DNA of 64,000 nucleotides from Eledone cirrhosa (GCA_964016885.1 OZ024740.1:239816001-239880000), one strand, 5' to 3'; positions 40,306 through 55,457 are shown, numbered from the stretch's first letter. Translations and numbers: made by a program. The notes: generated by a model from the letters alone, not told the origin.

Positions 40306-41749
40306 ATGCCATTTGTAAGTCCTATTACTAAATATATGCTTTAAAAGCGTGAGGGAGAACGGAAAAAATACAGGGAAACTAAGTGAGTGTGGGGGAAAAC
40401 ATTGAATATTTGTACATTTTACAGATTCTTTTTTTATTCCTTTCTGGCGAGGGTTTCATTTCACATTCTCTATGTATCTGAAGCTTCCTTCCGAGATCAA
40501 ATAAATTTTTACAATTTAAAAATTTAACGTTCAGTAAGTTTTTCTTCTGTTTTTTTTTTTTTTAATAGAAAGATGTGGAAAGTGAAATTCTAATTAGAAT
40601 TCTAAAATGGAGGCGAAATAAATGTCACTTGTAAAAATCTCGAAATTTTTTTTTGCGAATTATTAAAAATTGCCAGAAACAAAGAATTTCATATTTTAGA
40701 ATGTTAAACAGAAAATAATTAATGTCTTTTTTTCTTTTTTATCACGATTGATATTTGGAGAATATTAATTTCTTCAATTTTACATTCCAACAAAAATATT
40801 ATTAAAATCTGCTGGAATTAGTTTCCGAAATATAATTTCACCATAAGAGATAATCTAACACAATCAGATGAATTTCCTTCACAAGCTAATACAATCTACG
40901 AAAAGCTGAAGGAAATACCTACGATTTTCTTTTAATGCCATGTGATATAAATACACTCTGATATTTAAAATGCCATACAATTGTTTAAAGAGGGTAAAAG
41001 TTTGGATAAACTACGTGAGATGAATGACCTTCAACATTAACCTATTGATATTAACTAGGACTTTTCATGTCTTTATAGTCCATGTGCTTAAAAGAGATAA
41101 CGAAAAAGATAAATAAGAAAGTGCTTAAAAATATCATAACGGCCGAGAACGGTCGAGAAATTTTCTTTTTGTTTTAGTAATTCTATTTGATTAGATATTT
41201 TCCTCAGATTATGCACAATAAAATGTGCTTTTAGAACCAGAAAACCATATTCCAGACCACTGCGATGCCTCAAACTGTACTGGAATTTTACACCAAAATC
41301 TTATTATCACTCAAAATAGAATAATGAAAGAAAGAGAAAAACAATTATGAGTTCAGATGCCGGTAAAACATTCCAGCTATTGTTAAATGGAGAAACAAGG
41401 CAGTGCAAACTGAAAGTCATACAGCGGGTAACTGCAACCAACAACCATCTGCGAGAAATAGCAACCAAAGCTCTTTCAAATCACAGTACTGTCTCCAGTT
41501 AAGGAAGGATATATTAAATATCCCACAATAATTTAATACAATGCAGACAGGTATGTTCGATAAATATAAACGCGCAAATACAGACACGCTTACAAAAATA
41601 CACACTCACGGACATACATCCACACAAACACACACATGCATTCACGCAAACACACATAGACATACATTTACACAAACATACATACACGCGTAGCAAATGG
41701 AATGCCAGCCGCTCTTTTGCTTTTGTTTTTTCACTATCCATTTCCTTCC

Positions 41750-41815
<66 letters not shown>

Positions 41816-41819
<4 letters not shown>

Positions 41820-42130
41820 TGTATGACGGATGGAAGTTGCTCAAATTTACATATAGTTTGTACGCACAAATGTAGTGAATGTTAGACGCTGCTTTCTATA
41901 GTTTGTCATCACCCCTTCCTTCCTCAATTATCTCTAGTGCGTGACGTCATCACCCCTTCCATCCTCAATCATCTCTAGTGCTTGACATCATTATCCTTTC
42001 CTTCCTCAGTCATCCCTAGTGTTTGACGGCATCACCCCTTTCTTCGTTAGTCATCTCTAGAGCATAATGACATCACCCCTTATGTATACATTGTGTGACG
42101 GACGGATGGAAGTCACTCAAATTTATATAT
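41816..42130. repeat. ~40-bp tandem repeat (4-5 units) between ~40-bp direct repeats; possibly Helentron-associated
   Basis: catcaccccttcc.tcctcaatcatctctagtg units 41905-42080; acattgt.tgacgga..tggaagt..ctcaaattt at both ends. Confidence 0.65.
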
Positions 42131-42286
42131 TGATAAAATTAATGTACACAAAACGACATAGAAAATATACACAAAGATCTTATTTACATATTAAGTTCCA
42201 ATTCCATTGCAGCTTGCAACTCTTTAATATTATGCTAAACACTTCAAACTATATAATAAATACACACTATTATTTAAACTTAACAA

Positions 42287-42466
42287 GGTGGATTGGCAGT
42301 ATCGGTAGAGGGTCAGACGCCATGCTTTGCAGCATAGTTACGTCCCTTTACGATCTGAGTTCAAATCCCGCCGAGGTTGACTTTGCCTTTCATCCTTACA
42401 GGGTCGATAAATAAAGTACCAGTAATGCACTGGGTAATTGCTGGCCTTATACCTAAAGTAGAAACA
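42287..42466 (+). mobile_element. SINE with TSD
   Basis: tatttaaacttaacaa on both flanks. Confidence 0.88.
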
Positions 42467-42748
42467 TTTATTTAAACTTAACAAATATATTTATTGCATG
42501 ATTTTGTTTTAGTAAAATTTGTTTCAAGAATATTCGAGAAGAGAAATGGAGGGAGGGTAATAAAAAGAACATGATATCTCTTATACACACATACACAAAG
42601 AGAAACACACACACACAGACACATTTTTTATTAAACAAGTGTGTAGATCGATGTTGGCAACAATGCATTTAGTGTTCCCGCCTATTAATGAAAATATCGT
42701 TATTCCCATACCAACGACCAAAGGCAAATCATATGTATATATATATAC

Positions 42749-43145
<397 letters not shown>

Positions 43146-43376
43146 TATGTATACGTACATACATATATGTATACAGACGTACAGTAGTATGTATGTATAT
43201 ATACATACATGCACACATATATATATATGTACGTATGGATTCACCGAACATTTATTATAATGCTCGGTGTGTTTGTAAACAAACATCCCGTATTAAGCCG
43301 TACAGTGTGTAGCAGCCATCGTTGTAAGTAACAGCCGTACTAAGAGTGAGAAATGAAATTTCGTTTCATTTTTTCC

Positions 43377-43430
<54 letters not shown>

Positions 43431-43636
43431 CGATTCTGAATTTGTTTAGCAAGGTTCTTTATCTGAAAACGTGTGTTGAAACCGATATTGTTATATTTGG
43501 GAGGGTCATGTTGCCAATAAGAAACACACGCACCAGTTCTTTCACTTCAATTTATTATAATAAATTTATAAATTTAGGAATTTATAAATTTCCGGTTGGT
43601 TGATTGGTTCCACAACCAGATGGTTGTTTATATATT

Positions 43637-43679
43637 GTCAAAGTTCTTTCGTCACACATTCTGTGACCTCTTCAGTGAC
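43637..43679 (-). ncRNA. Minimal type I hammerhead ribozyme (inverted partner)
   Basis: Reverse complement of 43745-43787. Confidence 0.75.
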
Positions 43680-43744
43680 TAGGGATTCTTTTCTTTGTTT
43701 TTGTCCCTCTCCTTTGTTCTGTCCTACGCCATCTTGAATCCCCA

Positions 43745-43787
43745 GTCACTGAAGAGGTCACAGAATGTGTGACGAAAGAACTTTGAC
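43745..43787 (+). ncRNA. Minimal type I hammerhead ribozyme
   Basis: GUCA-CUGAAGA-G-GUCACA-GAAUG-UGUGAC-GAAA-GAAC-UU|UGAC. Confidence 0.75.
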
Positions 43788-43866
43788 AATATATAAACAA
43801 TAATAAATTGAAGTGAAACAACTGGTGCGTGTGTTTCTTATTGGCAACATGACCCTCCCAAAGTAT

Positions 43867-43913
<47 letters not shown>

Positions 43914-44111
43914 ACTCCTCCTCATTCCTCTCTATATCTCACTCCACCTCGGCCTCTCTCTAACTAACTTAAGCGTAACGTGCGAACGAAAGCCAACAAA
44001 TGAACGAACGAGCAGAATTATAACATAGAGGTTACGGAGAAGTCTTCTAATTCAGTTTTACATATATACATAGCTCCATCTCTCTCTTTCTTCTCTTTCT
44101 CTCTCTTTCTC

Positions 44112-44158
<47 letters not shown>

Positions 44159-44202
44159 AATCAAAAAGAACAGAAAGATGCAGTAAAAGAGATTTATTGG
44201 GT

Positions 44203-44436
<234 letters not shown>

Positions 44437-47400
44437 AATGAAATAAAATTTCATTTCTCACTCTTAGTACGGCTGATACTTAAATGTAAGTATGTATACG
44501 TACATACATATATGTATACAGACGTACAGTAGTATGTATATATATATACATACATGCACACACATATATATATATGTGCATATGAGTTTACCGAACATTT
44601 ATTATAATGTTCGGTTTGTTTGTAAACAAACAGTCCGAATTAAGCCGTACAGTGTTCGGCAACCATCGTCGCCCTTTTTTCAACACTGACAAAGGAACGA
44701 TGAACTAGTTTCAAGCTTATTAGTTATCGTCAGCATCGTATAACTTTCAGTATACCTTTCTGAAACTACAGTCGAGACTTTGAAGAAAAAATAAGTGTAT
44801 ATTTGTCCATTGTTTCTTCGTATATTTAATTTGACACATGTGTGTGAGCATGTGTGTGTGTGTGTGTGCGTGTGTGTGTTTATATAAATATATATGTGTG
44901 TGTGTCTGTGTGTATATGTGTGTGTGTACGTATGTATTTGTATATATATATATATAACTTTAACCAACAGCTTTATCTACAAACTGAGCTGTAACAATAA
45001 ACAATAATCAACCAAATTAAAAAATAGTCTTTTTTCTCAGCAATCTTTGCAGAAATAATAATTAAAGTTTGGGAATGGATACTTACAAACTGCAAATAGT
45101 TGGGGTTTTGAAAGTTTTTCATATTAGAAAGATATAATTTGTTGTTTAGAAACATATCTCCGACTGATCCCTCTTTCTCCGTCCACGAAAATATTGTATA
45201 TAAAAGCAAGATATCTGCATCTGTCTATACGTACAGTGTTTGCTAAAATGTGCAAATCTATTTTGTAATATAAAATGTACACATTGAAACGCAGTAGTAT
45301 TTTATTAATCGATTTAGTCGCCTTTAATGCGTTGCATATGCAAATCGATCCATCCCTTAGTGATGTGTGCCTTTCCGAACGACTGAAGAGAGCTCTGTCT
45401 CTGATGAAATTCTGAAGCAAGATTAAAATACGCTGCCTGATCCCTCTTTTATCTCCACGAAGAAATTGAATTTCAATAGACGTTTACATATTCTGAAGTA
45501 CAATGTAGCAATGATTTATTTTTTGTTTTGTTTCACGTTTCCTACATTAGACCATTTATTATTGCACCAATGGTAGAATTTATCTTGCATAAAATAATTG
45601 TGTTCAATTTAATATTTTCATTTGATTTTAACATTTTAGTTTTTTGCACGAAAAAAAGAAAAGCTTTTCCAAAATGGAAAATGGTTTTGTTATTTTCTTT
45701 GCAAGTGTCAGTTTTAGTTTGAAACTCACATAAACAAAATTCTGACATTTTTCATGTAGATATTCCATGGTGCTTTGAACACACTAGTCAACATTGCATT
45801 TCAAATAAGATATCAATCATACAATCAGCGATGTACACCAGTAAGTCTGTATTCAGGAGTCATTCATCTTCAAGTCATACAAATGAAGAGTAATAAATGT
45901 TATGTAAACCGCTACTCATAGCAGTGTCACGTATTTTAAATAATATTTGTTTTTATTTGCACTCAATCAAACTGAAAATAATGTTAAGGTTGCTATTGAA
46001 GTTTCTGCCTCGTACCGCGATAATGTGGATTGAATTATGAAATCTACCATTTCAAATATATAATTGCCAGAGAGAGTAGTTTCAATATTTCCTTATTCAG
46101 ATGCTGCTTCTCTTTTATAAATTGTAGCTTGTCTTATTTGGTGACCACCTTCCTATATATGGAATTCAGCGTAACATAATGGTGTTTGATAAAGGAAAAT
46201 ATGATGGTTATTATTAAAATAATAAAATAGATGTCGGAATATGATCCAGAGGGATGAAGAATTTGGAGGAGCATTGTGCTTTTTATGGCGTTTGTAGTAA
46301 GGGGCTTGGAATTGAATGAAATGTTTATGATAGAAAGAGGAAAGAAAATTGTAGAATATTTATACAAAATAATTGGAAAGATGTGGAAAGCTATCTACTA
46401 GACAGATAAGCATTCACTTGCTGTAGTTTATATACTTCAAATACGAAATTGCAGTTCTTAATATTATATAGGTGATTTCTCTTCCAATACTATAAAGATC
46501 ACTTCTCTGAATTTTACAATATACACTGGGAACACATGAATTCAACTGAAAAACTCATTTCTTCCCCCAACACGTTACCCAAGACACTGTAATAATATAT
46601 GTTTTACTAATTATTCTCTTCTAAGATTCGCATCTTTGCGGTTATACCTTCTTACGTATTTTCGGTCTTCACAGCTAGTCCTTAGATGATATGTGTCACA
46701 GGCTTATCTCCGTTTATTTTCTACATTGGGAAGATTACCTCATTTATTATTAGTCAGAGAAACGTTGCTGATTTAAACGGTCAGAGATGTCACATTAGCT
46801 GCCATCAGGTTCAACAAATACTTTCGTGTGGTGAAGCAGAGAAATATTATTAATACACCAAAATCAAAGTGTACAGAAAAATCATGTTTACGAATTTTCT
46901 GTACAACGGGGAAGACTTAGGAAATACATAAATTAATTTCAAAGATTTTACAAGAGATCTGTTTAATGACTCCTCAGTAGCACATGGCAAGATGGACCTA
47001 AAATATCCTTATTCCTGATAAAATACAAATTAATCAACATCGCGACTGACAAGGCCATTGACATGCATTTCAATGCAATTGACACCTTATTCGAATAAAC
47101 AGCTTACATTCCTAAATAGGTCAACGATTCATAAATTTCAGGAACACCGAAAGAATGTTCAAATAATGCATCAGTGATATACAGATAATAGGAATATCTG
47201 TCAATTACTAATGAAGTCCAGCTTTGCCTTATAAAACAGTTGCTAACCAAATCATGCTTGATTAGGCATGTGAAGAGGTGAAGAAACATGCAAATAATAT
47301 TTCACATAAATCGATATCTTAAAATATCACATTCGTAGAGGTAGTGATGATTCAATGAAATTTCTCTAAATAGATGACCTCAGCGCATGGAAAATCAAAA

Positions 47401-49353
47401 AGGATTCCAGAGGATCTTGAAATGAGAACATACGAGAACAATTTCGTGTATGGACGAGATTAAATATTGTAAGATAGTTAATGAAATGTAAATCTCTTTT
47501 AGCCTCTTTCGCCTTCTCCAAGAATGAACAAAAATTCAGTTTATCAGCTCTGATAGCTATCTAATTATTATTATATTTCTATGAGTTGAGTACATTTTAA
47601 TTATGCAAATGACACTGGGCGCAGCTGAAATATATCACTCAGAATGGAGTGTAGAGTGTATCGCTTCCTCCCTACTTTCACTGTCTTTCGTTGCTTCTTT
47701 TTTTTCTTTTTTCTTCTCTTTTTCGTTTCCTTATTACCATTTATATTGTATAGTTTATATGAATAAAAGATATTGACGTTTTGTTAAACCTCGCCAGGAA
47801 CAATAATTTAAAATATAAAGATTTGATTAAATTGGGTGCTTCTATTAAAGAGTGAAGGGAATTTATACAATTAAATATTTCTTACTGGAGTGATAACGAG
47901 ATTAAATGAAAGGTTAAGGTTTAAAATGACTGTACTTCAGAAAATATGTGAATATAAATGACGGCTCCTTATGAAGAAATACAATAACGTATGAATCAGA
48001 GAAAGACATTCAGCTTCCAGTTATTTATGTGTAATAGAAAGATCGCCAACTAACAATATAAAACTTAATCTAGGGATACATGGATGATTTAAATAGATGT
48101 GGTAACCCAAACATCATTTCCAAATTACACTGATAAGAAATATTGTATCGTGCTCTGTTGTAGTGAGGGAGATTTCATATATTTGTTTCCCTATTTTGAG
48201 CATTTCATTTTGTAAGTATTTTCCAATATTTGAATTTCTGAAATTGAAGAATAAAAATATTTAAACGTATGTGTGACTTTTCTCGGAAATTTTATTTTTC
48301 TTCAAATGCGGTGAATTGGTAGACATGTAAGAGTGTCTTGCACTATTTGTGCGGATTTTCTGATTTCTGAGGTGTTCAAACCTCCACTTCCACCTCCTTA
48401 TTCTGTCGCCTGACTTAACGCTGCCCTTTTAGCGGGCTTCATTTTGTCGCAAATATCCGATCCAAATAGCCAGTTTGCAGATAACTTTGCCCCCTCTTCC
48501 ACAACTCGCCGAGGTTCTGAAACGACTCACGAGTTCTGCTTTCTAAGCAGATAAAATAAACTAAGTGATTAAATAAAGCAAGTGTGATATATGGTAATGT
48601 CACCGCCTTTCATAAAATAGTTTGCAGATGCATTAAGGCGTCTTGTCCATTTCTATTTTAAATTTCATTTAATACAATCCACATTTATTTCCTTTCCTAC
48701 ATTCTTTATAAATGTATCCCAAAACCTCATAATTTATTCACGTTTTACTCAACTATTAGCTATATTTCCCATTGCTTAATTTATTTTACTTTTTACTTTA
48801 TCCATAGCTCTTCGTCTCTTTAATACTCAGCCAAACGACATATACCATCTCTTCCTTTTCTGTTAACATTATCTTTAACCGTACATTCACGTCTAAGAAT
48901 TATATATATTTACGTGTGAGAATCCATGCAAAACATCAATCGATTAATTAGGGGTTCATGTGACAAGATACGCGCAAAAGATATATTTGTCTCAGATTCA
49001 ATATCTAATTGCTGAATAAATTATAATCCATCTGTCTAAGATAACAAACAAATATTAATTACAGTAAATGTATTAATATAACTAAGTAATATGACAGCAA
49101 CAACATTTTAATGTAGGAAATATCGCTCCTCTATTATAATGTTTTTATAACTCTAGGACAATTGCAACCAATCATATTATTTTGTGGGATTATAGATTAG
49201 CCTTTCTTAAAGATAACATTAACATGAAAATATATTTATTCTAAAACTTATATTGGAAACAATATTTGATTAACAATTAAGCTTCTGTTTTTTTAATTTC
49301 AATCAACTACTCTCGAGTTGAATTATATTTGGTCTGCAGAACAAATATATATA

Positions 49354-49427
<74 letters not shown>

Positions 49428-52400
49428 TATATGTGTGTGTGTACAATAGAAATATATTTGTCAGAATATAGTATCTACAGATAAGTAGATATTCAATTGG
49501 TTTGCAAACAGATTAAGAAAAAGCAAACAAATCCACAGAGATGGAGAGAAGGATAATGAGAGAACATGCTTGGAATAATATATAATGGTAACTGGTACTC
49601 ATTTCCATATGTAATATTCTTGCAGAATAAATAAAGAGCTTTCGGTAGAAACAACAAAAAGAAGGAATTCAAGGAAAATACAAATAACAACAATGTGGAT
49701 GATAGTGATGGGGATTGCGCTGGTTTGATGTTGAAGAAGAAAAACGCTAATTCTGTGAAGTGACCGACCTGTTATAACATCACATTAAATACTTCATAAA
49801 ATGTTGAATTCAAGCCAATAGTGTGGTGGCGAGTATTAGCTGCACATAATCTACTTTAAGTACAGACTCCACGTTAATTTGATTGAAGAAATACGTTGTT
49901 TACTGCAGCAATTCAACTTTTTATTTTGCAGTAAAAAAATATCATTGTGTGAAATGCTGAATGATCTAAGCCGATCTGACATCAAGATAAATGTTGTTAG
50001 TTTGTTCCATGAAATGATATAAACAGGAACTGACGCTTGAAGTATAGAAGTCAGAAACTTTTTCGAAAGTTGAATTTTACAGAATGAAAAATATAAGAAG
50101 CATGACATTATATAGGGTGAGGTTGAGGGGAATGATGTTGGTGTGTGGCTTCTTACAAATGAAAATAAAAATAAATTTGTAGGCAAAAACGATGTCGTAA
50201 CATACGTAATTGTATCTTTTATAAACGTGCTTCTTCATTGTTAAAAAGCGAGCGTATGTTTTTTAGTATGGCAATCACGTTATACGCACGTGCACACAGC
50301 TTGGCACACACATAGATACCGTATAATATATACATTTGTATTTTTCCCAAACAGCTCTACTTCGTGTGTATAGCTTAATTAATATATCTTGGAAATGTTT
50401 CATAATGTGAAGATCACAATCTGGATGTTTATGTCTCTATTGACTTCACCACGAATTGGTACATACTCTAGTATTGCTTCTCTGCACACATTTCAATCTG
50501 TTTAGACAGTTCCAGGTGTATCATATTCTTTCAAAGAATTGAAACATCTAGTATTGAGCATCCCAACAATATTAATGTGTAAAATGTTCATTATGAAGGT
50601 GTGTGTGTGGCTATGAGAAATAAACTTTGAAATAAACCTTTGACCAACCACGAGCTAACACTTGTAAGATAGATAAAAACAAATATTGAATTATGGGGGT
50701 TTACAGGTAACTCAGTATATACTAACGGTGATATTTATGAAGTAACATTGAAGATCAGCATCAAATTCTACTATAATTATATCGACAATTTTTTAAATAT
50801 TTAGATTACCCAATTCCTAAGTGGTTTGACTTTTTTCATTTCCTCTGCTAGCAGGAAAATACTATCTCTCGCGATTTGCTAATAGACCCAATCAATATTT
50901 AATACCATCAAAGAAACTCTAACTCACTCTTCCGTGATTAGCTAATAGGCGTAATTAATATTTATCGTCATCACAGAAGCTCTGAAAATTCCTGTGATGA
51001 TGCTATGAATACTATTATTAAGCCGCCATATGTATTACCGGTGGAGTATACAGAACGACCTACGCTTCTTGTAGTTTCACACAGATTTGAAGTAAGGTTT
51101 TTTCAAAATTTTGAGCAAATTATTACTCTACTTTGATTTGACATTATCCGGAATTTAGTAGATGCTTTAAAGTTACCTGTCTCTTGAGTAATAAGACTAA
51201 GAATTATACTGTGGAGACTCACTTCATCAGTGTTAAAGAGTCGGGATAATATATTAGTTCCCTAATTGACATTTTGTTTGAACAAACATAGATTAGTTAA
51301 CTGGTTAAATATATCTTATTCTTCATATATATATATATATCACGTTCATATAATGCCTTTCATGATTCCCGTTAGTTCTACTCTACTTGCACTGTCACCT
51401 CTCCATCTTTTTTAAATTTCACTAGTTTTCATAATTATTTTCTTCAACTTTGACGTTGCAATTTCATTCACCGTTCTTATCTCTGTTTTTCTTCCTTTCA
51501 TACATCTGGTGCATCCATTTCATCATATTTCCATTCTAAATAAACCTATCCACATTCCTTGTACATTCTTCATCATTTAACAACCACTTCTGTAAATATT
51601 TCCCGTGTCTTACAATATATATATATATCGTCCGATCATTCGTCCGTTATTAATTCTTTACATTGCCTAAATCCTCACAGGTTTTCCTTGATCTTTCTTT
51701 TGGTAATCGATTTATTCCACTTAAATTTGAAGTGTAATGTCTACACTTGCTTTCAGATGAAGCGGTTCCTACATATAAACAATATTTCTGCATTAATACA
51801 TCATTAAGTGATATTTCAGATTCAAGTTTATTAATGATTAAGTTAATATTTAAAGAAAATGTGGCTTAGTGAATATTTTATTGCCCTATAAATTCTTCTT
51901 ACAAATTACACTTTTATTTTCATTTCCCGTCTTGTAACTTCTTTTGCGTGACTGAATATATAACAGCTTTTTAACACAAGCTATTCAATACATTCTGTGA
52001 AACTAATCTTTTGTAATTCAGCGCGACCCAGTTCAATATTCCACTATTCCATAGTTAGTAGTGATACTCCCCTCCCTTCTACCACTACCAACCCACTGAA
52101 AAGAAAGCTTAACCTGGATTCTGTGAAAAAAAGGTAATTAGAACATTATAGCAAACATTGGCAACAATAAAAACACATACTCTTTAAAAGTTGATAAAAT
52201 GAAAATCAATAACAAAGACATCCATCAAAAGGTATTCATTGTTCATGAGAACAGACTTAGTTTAATTATCTCTGTAGCTGAATTTTGAATTCCAATGAGA
52301 TTAAGAATGATTTATTTTAGTTACTAGGTACATTATTCTCTTGGAAATAGGGAATATTTAACATTTAATTCAATCAATCACAATATATCATTAATCCTAC

Positions 52401-52671
52401 AAAGGTGAAAGACTATATAAACATGCATGCGATTTTAACTGGATATCCCATACGTTGCGTACCTTACCATGTGTTAACTGCCTAACACTTCTTGGTAACT
52501 CTGCACGAAGCCATTTTTATTATATTCACGCGGTCTAGGATTTTTTTGCTGATTCTCCCTATGTCGGACTTCGTTGGGTTTATAAGCCTGATAGAAGGTT
52601 TACGGTCGAAATCGGATTTGTGGTCCTTCAGTGTGAAGTAGGGTGTCCGTGGGTCTAGGGGTTCCGTGCGG

Positions 52672-53620
52672 TACCCTTGACCTCGATAATGATCTGTACT
52701 ACCCATACAGGAAACCCAACGACAACCTGCACTACATCCATCGCCGGTCAAACCATCCTAGGAACATCACCAATAACCTGGTTAAAAACATCTCCCTCCG
52801 CATATCTCGTTTGTCCGCTAATGAGCAGATATTCGAGGAACATGCGCCTTATTACATCCAGGCCCTCAAGCGGAGTGGTTTCCGGGAGAAAATATCCTAT
52901 TGTCCAGCTTCCATTAGCGGAACCAGCAGGCGACACCGCCGCTCACGCAATGTAACATGGTTCAATCCTCCTCCACAATGCCGAGATGACAACTCCTATC
53001 GGGAAAATCTTCTTTAGGCTCATTGAAAAACACTTCCCACTACAACACCGCTACCACAACATAATTAACAAAAATACCATCAAACTCTCCTACAACACCA
53101 CACCAAACTTTGCACAAAACATCGTCTCCTCTAACAACAAAAAACTCAACCGCTATGGAGGAAATAACCTAAATAACAGTGGAGAGCCGACCAGGAGGTG
53201 CAACTGTCCTGATGGATCCATTTTCCCCCTCGACAACAGATGCAGAGATCGTAATGTGATCTACCAGTGCAACGTGAGGACGGACACCTCCAACAAAGCT
53301 TATATAGGATTAACCGCATGTGACTTCAAGACCCGGCTATACCAACACAGACATACCTTCCGAAACCCGGCCCGGCGTCACGCCACCACACTTTCGGGCC
53401 ACATCTGGGACCTCAAGGATAACAATATTACCTATGATCTCACTTGGAGCTTACTGTCCAGAGCCAACTCTTACACGGGAGGACGCGTCCGTGCAATTTA
53501 TGCTCGGAGGAAACTTTACAAATGTTGCGTTCGACGGACCAACTCCTAAACAAGAAAGATGAACTGGTAACTGCATGCAAACACAGATTGCGTAGGACTT
53601 ACCTCGCCCTCAAACCCCAT
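52672..53620 (+). pseudogene. PLE RT thumb + GIY-YIG endonuclease, frameshifted
   Basis: ORFs 52643..53017, 52986..53549, 53444..53707. Confidence 0.88.
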
Positions 53621-54784
53621 AATGACCCGGGAGGGGGGGGGTTAGACAAGGGCTGTAACACGCCACTTGCCGACTTTGTAATGGGTAATCCCTGCTTGCA
53701 AAGGTAGACGTAATATCTTCTTTTATATCTTTTTATCGCCTCCTCTATATTTCCTTCTTCCCCCATTCCCTTCCTCCCTTCCACCCCAGTCCTCTTTCTT
53801 TGTCGTCATTTTTTTCACTTTCTCGCCCACCCGAGGCAGCCCCTCGGTCCTTTGTAGCCTCAGTACCCCCACCCCCTTCCCCTATTCTATGATAGAATTG
53901 GCCGACTCCGCTTTTTATAGCAGATGTGATAGACCCCGGATACTTGCCTTCTTATCCGATGGCTGCCCCTTTTCCGTGCTTTCTACATTTCTTAATGGTA
54001 TCTTTGCTTTAATTTCTCGTATATCAGTATTTTTTTTTTGGTGGGGGGGGTTCTGAATTAATTTTCCGTATCAAATTTTTTCATATACTTCGTACGACCA
54101 TTTATGTAGTTTGCACTAGAATTTTTGTATCGTAGCGGCACCCTTAGAGATAGTATTAGTATTCTTTTTCGGGATTCTGAATTATTATTTCGTATTAGTT
54201 TATTTTTTGCACTGGGTGGTTGCTGGCCTTTTTCCTAGGGTAGAAACAATTATTTCGTATTAGTCTCGGGACTCTGAATTATTATTTCGTGGTAGTTTCT
54301 TTAGTATTTTGGCCCCCCACTTGTTGACCCGTCACCGTAAGATATACTCGGTTGATTACTACTACCTCTTAAAAGGGTCTCATTATAATTCCGTCCCACC
54401 TAGTAAACTTTTCTTTAGTCTAGCAGTACCAGTGAGAGACTTGATAGCTGTCCTTAGGGAATAGTAACGAGAAATTTTTTTTTTTATATTTAATTGTTTT
54501 TTTAACATTCTCGGTATTTTTCTATATATTTACCCCATATTGTTTTACTTATTGTTTCGACTTCCTCCCCCTCCCCCTCCCTATTATACTTCCTGGACCT
54601 CCTGCCCTGCTATAGTTAGCACTATCAACGCACGACTGGGTGTCCTCCACCCACTCTCCCTCTTTCTTCTACTGGCAGGTTCAGCTACCCCTTCCTTCCA
54701 CAAGTTGCCATGATAGAATGATGTGTCTCAACAGCAAACTTTTGACCAATCCTTGTGACAATCACTTTTACCATATATGGAATT

Positions 54785-54880
54785 ACCCCCTGAGAGGCTC
54801 GGCTATTCATATACCAGGATAAACATTTTCATTTAGTCCAGAATTAGCCGTCGAAACGGCTTGAGCTCAGCCGTCGGGGT
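54785..54880 (+). ncRNA. Type I hammerhead of the PLE terminal region (1-nt core deletion)
   Basis: ACCCC-CUGA(-)GA..CGGCUA..UAGCCG-UC-GAAA-CGGCU-UGAGCUC-AGCCGU-C|GGGGU. Confidence 0.75.
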
Positions 54881-54892
54881 TTTACTCGTTCC

Positions 54893-54982
<90 letters not shown>

Positions 54983-55333
54983 ATAATAATAGTAATAATA
55001 TTTATACTTATATATGGTTTATATATAATTATAAATATGGAGGTAGTACTAAGCACTAGCCAATTACCGGTAGGAGAAGATATGCTATGATATCTTTTAT
55101 CTATCTTTTCTTACATCTTTTTTGCTTGTATCTTTTTATTACCTTAAACAATATCTTTATATATAATATGCTCAATATTTCACTTTTCAGCATTGCTCCT
55201 TATACTGTGTTTTCTGTAGCATAACATTCTTTTGTAACTCCTGCTTTTCTATATGATATCAATGACACTGGCAATAGTTATTTATAAATGTTCTGAAGAG
55301 TAGGATTTTAATTACCTGTTTAAACATTCTCTA

Positions 55334-55380
55334 TGCTCCGATAAAACCAGACATTCGTCTGGAAGAAACAGTTGTCAGCA
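55334..55380 (+). ncRNA. Degenerate hammerhead motif
   Basis: UGCU-CCGAUAA-AA-CCAGAC-AUUC-GUCUGG-AA-GAAA-CAGUUGU-C|AGCA; core differs from CUGAUGA at two positions. Confidence 0.5.
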
Positions 55381-55414
55381 ATTAAATGTATTAAACTAAG
55401 ATTGTTTTATATTT

Positions 55415-55457
<43 letters not shown>

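Larger units (their letters stand above)
43430..43871. mobile_element. Fold-back mini-element with two inverted HHRs in (TA)n
   Basis: 43737-43871 is the reverse complement of 43486-43689 minus ~65 nt; same family at 57527-57930. Confidence 0.85.
52515..54893 (+). mobile_element. Penelope-like element (C-terminal GIY-YIG), 5'-truncated with inverted RT segment, ending in HHR then (TA)n
   Basis: RT thumb PYRKPN..YIH..SNHP; WFNPP; CNC..C finger; VIY..YIGLT..FKTR..QH; C.LC..E..LLNK.EL..C.H; minus-strand RT piece TLKDHK..RLINPTKSDIGRISK at 52515-52670. Confidence 0.9.

Noticed and set aside
41905-42080. Regularly spaced ~40-bp repeats as a CRISPR array
   Set aside because: Units are contiguous and degenerate with no unique spacers; eukaryotic context, no cas genes
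43555-43625. 65-nt segment missing from the inverted arm as a spliced intron
   Set aside because: No GT-AG boundaries on either strand; more likely a microhomology deletion
44700-52500. Repeat-poor stretch as a host gene or exons
   Set aside because: No ORF with recognisable protein or supportable splice structure; small exons cannot be excluded without RNA-seq
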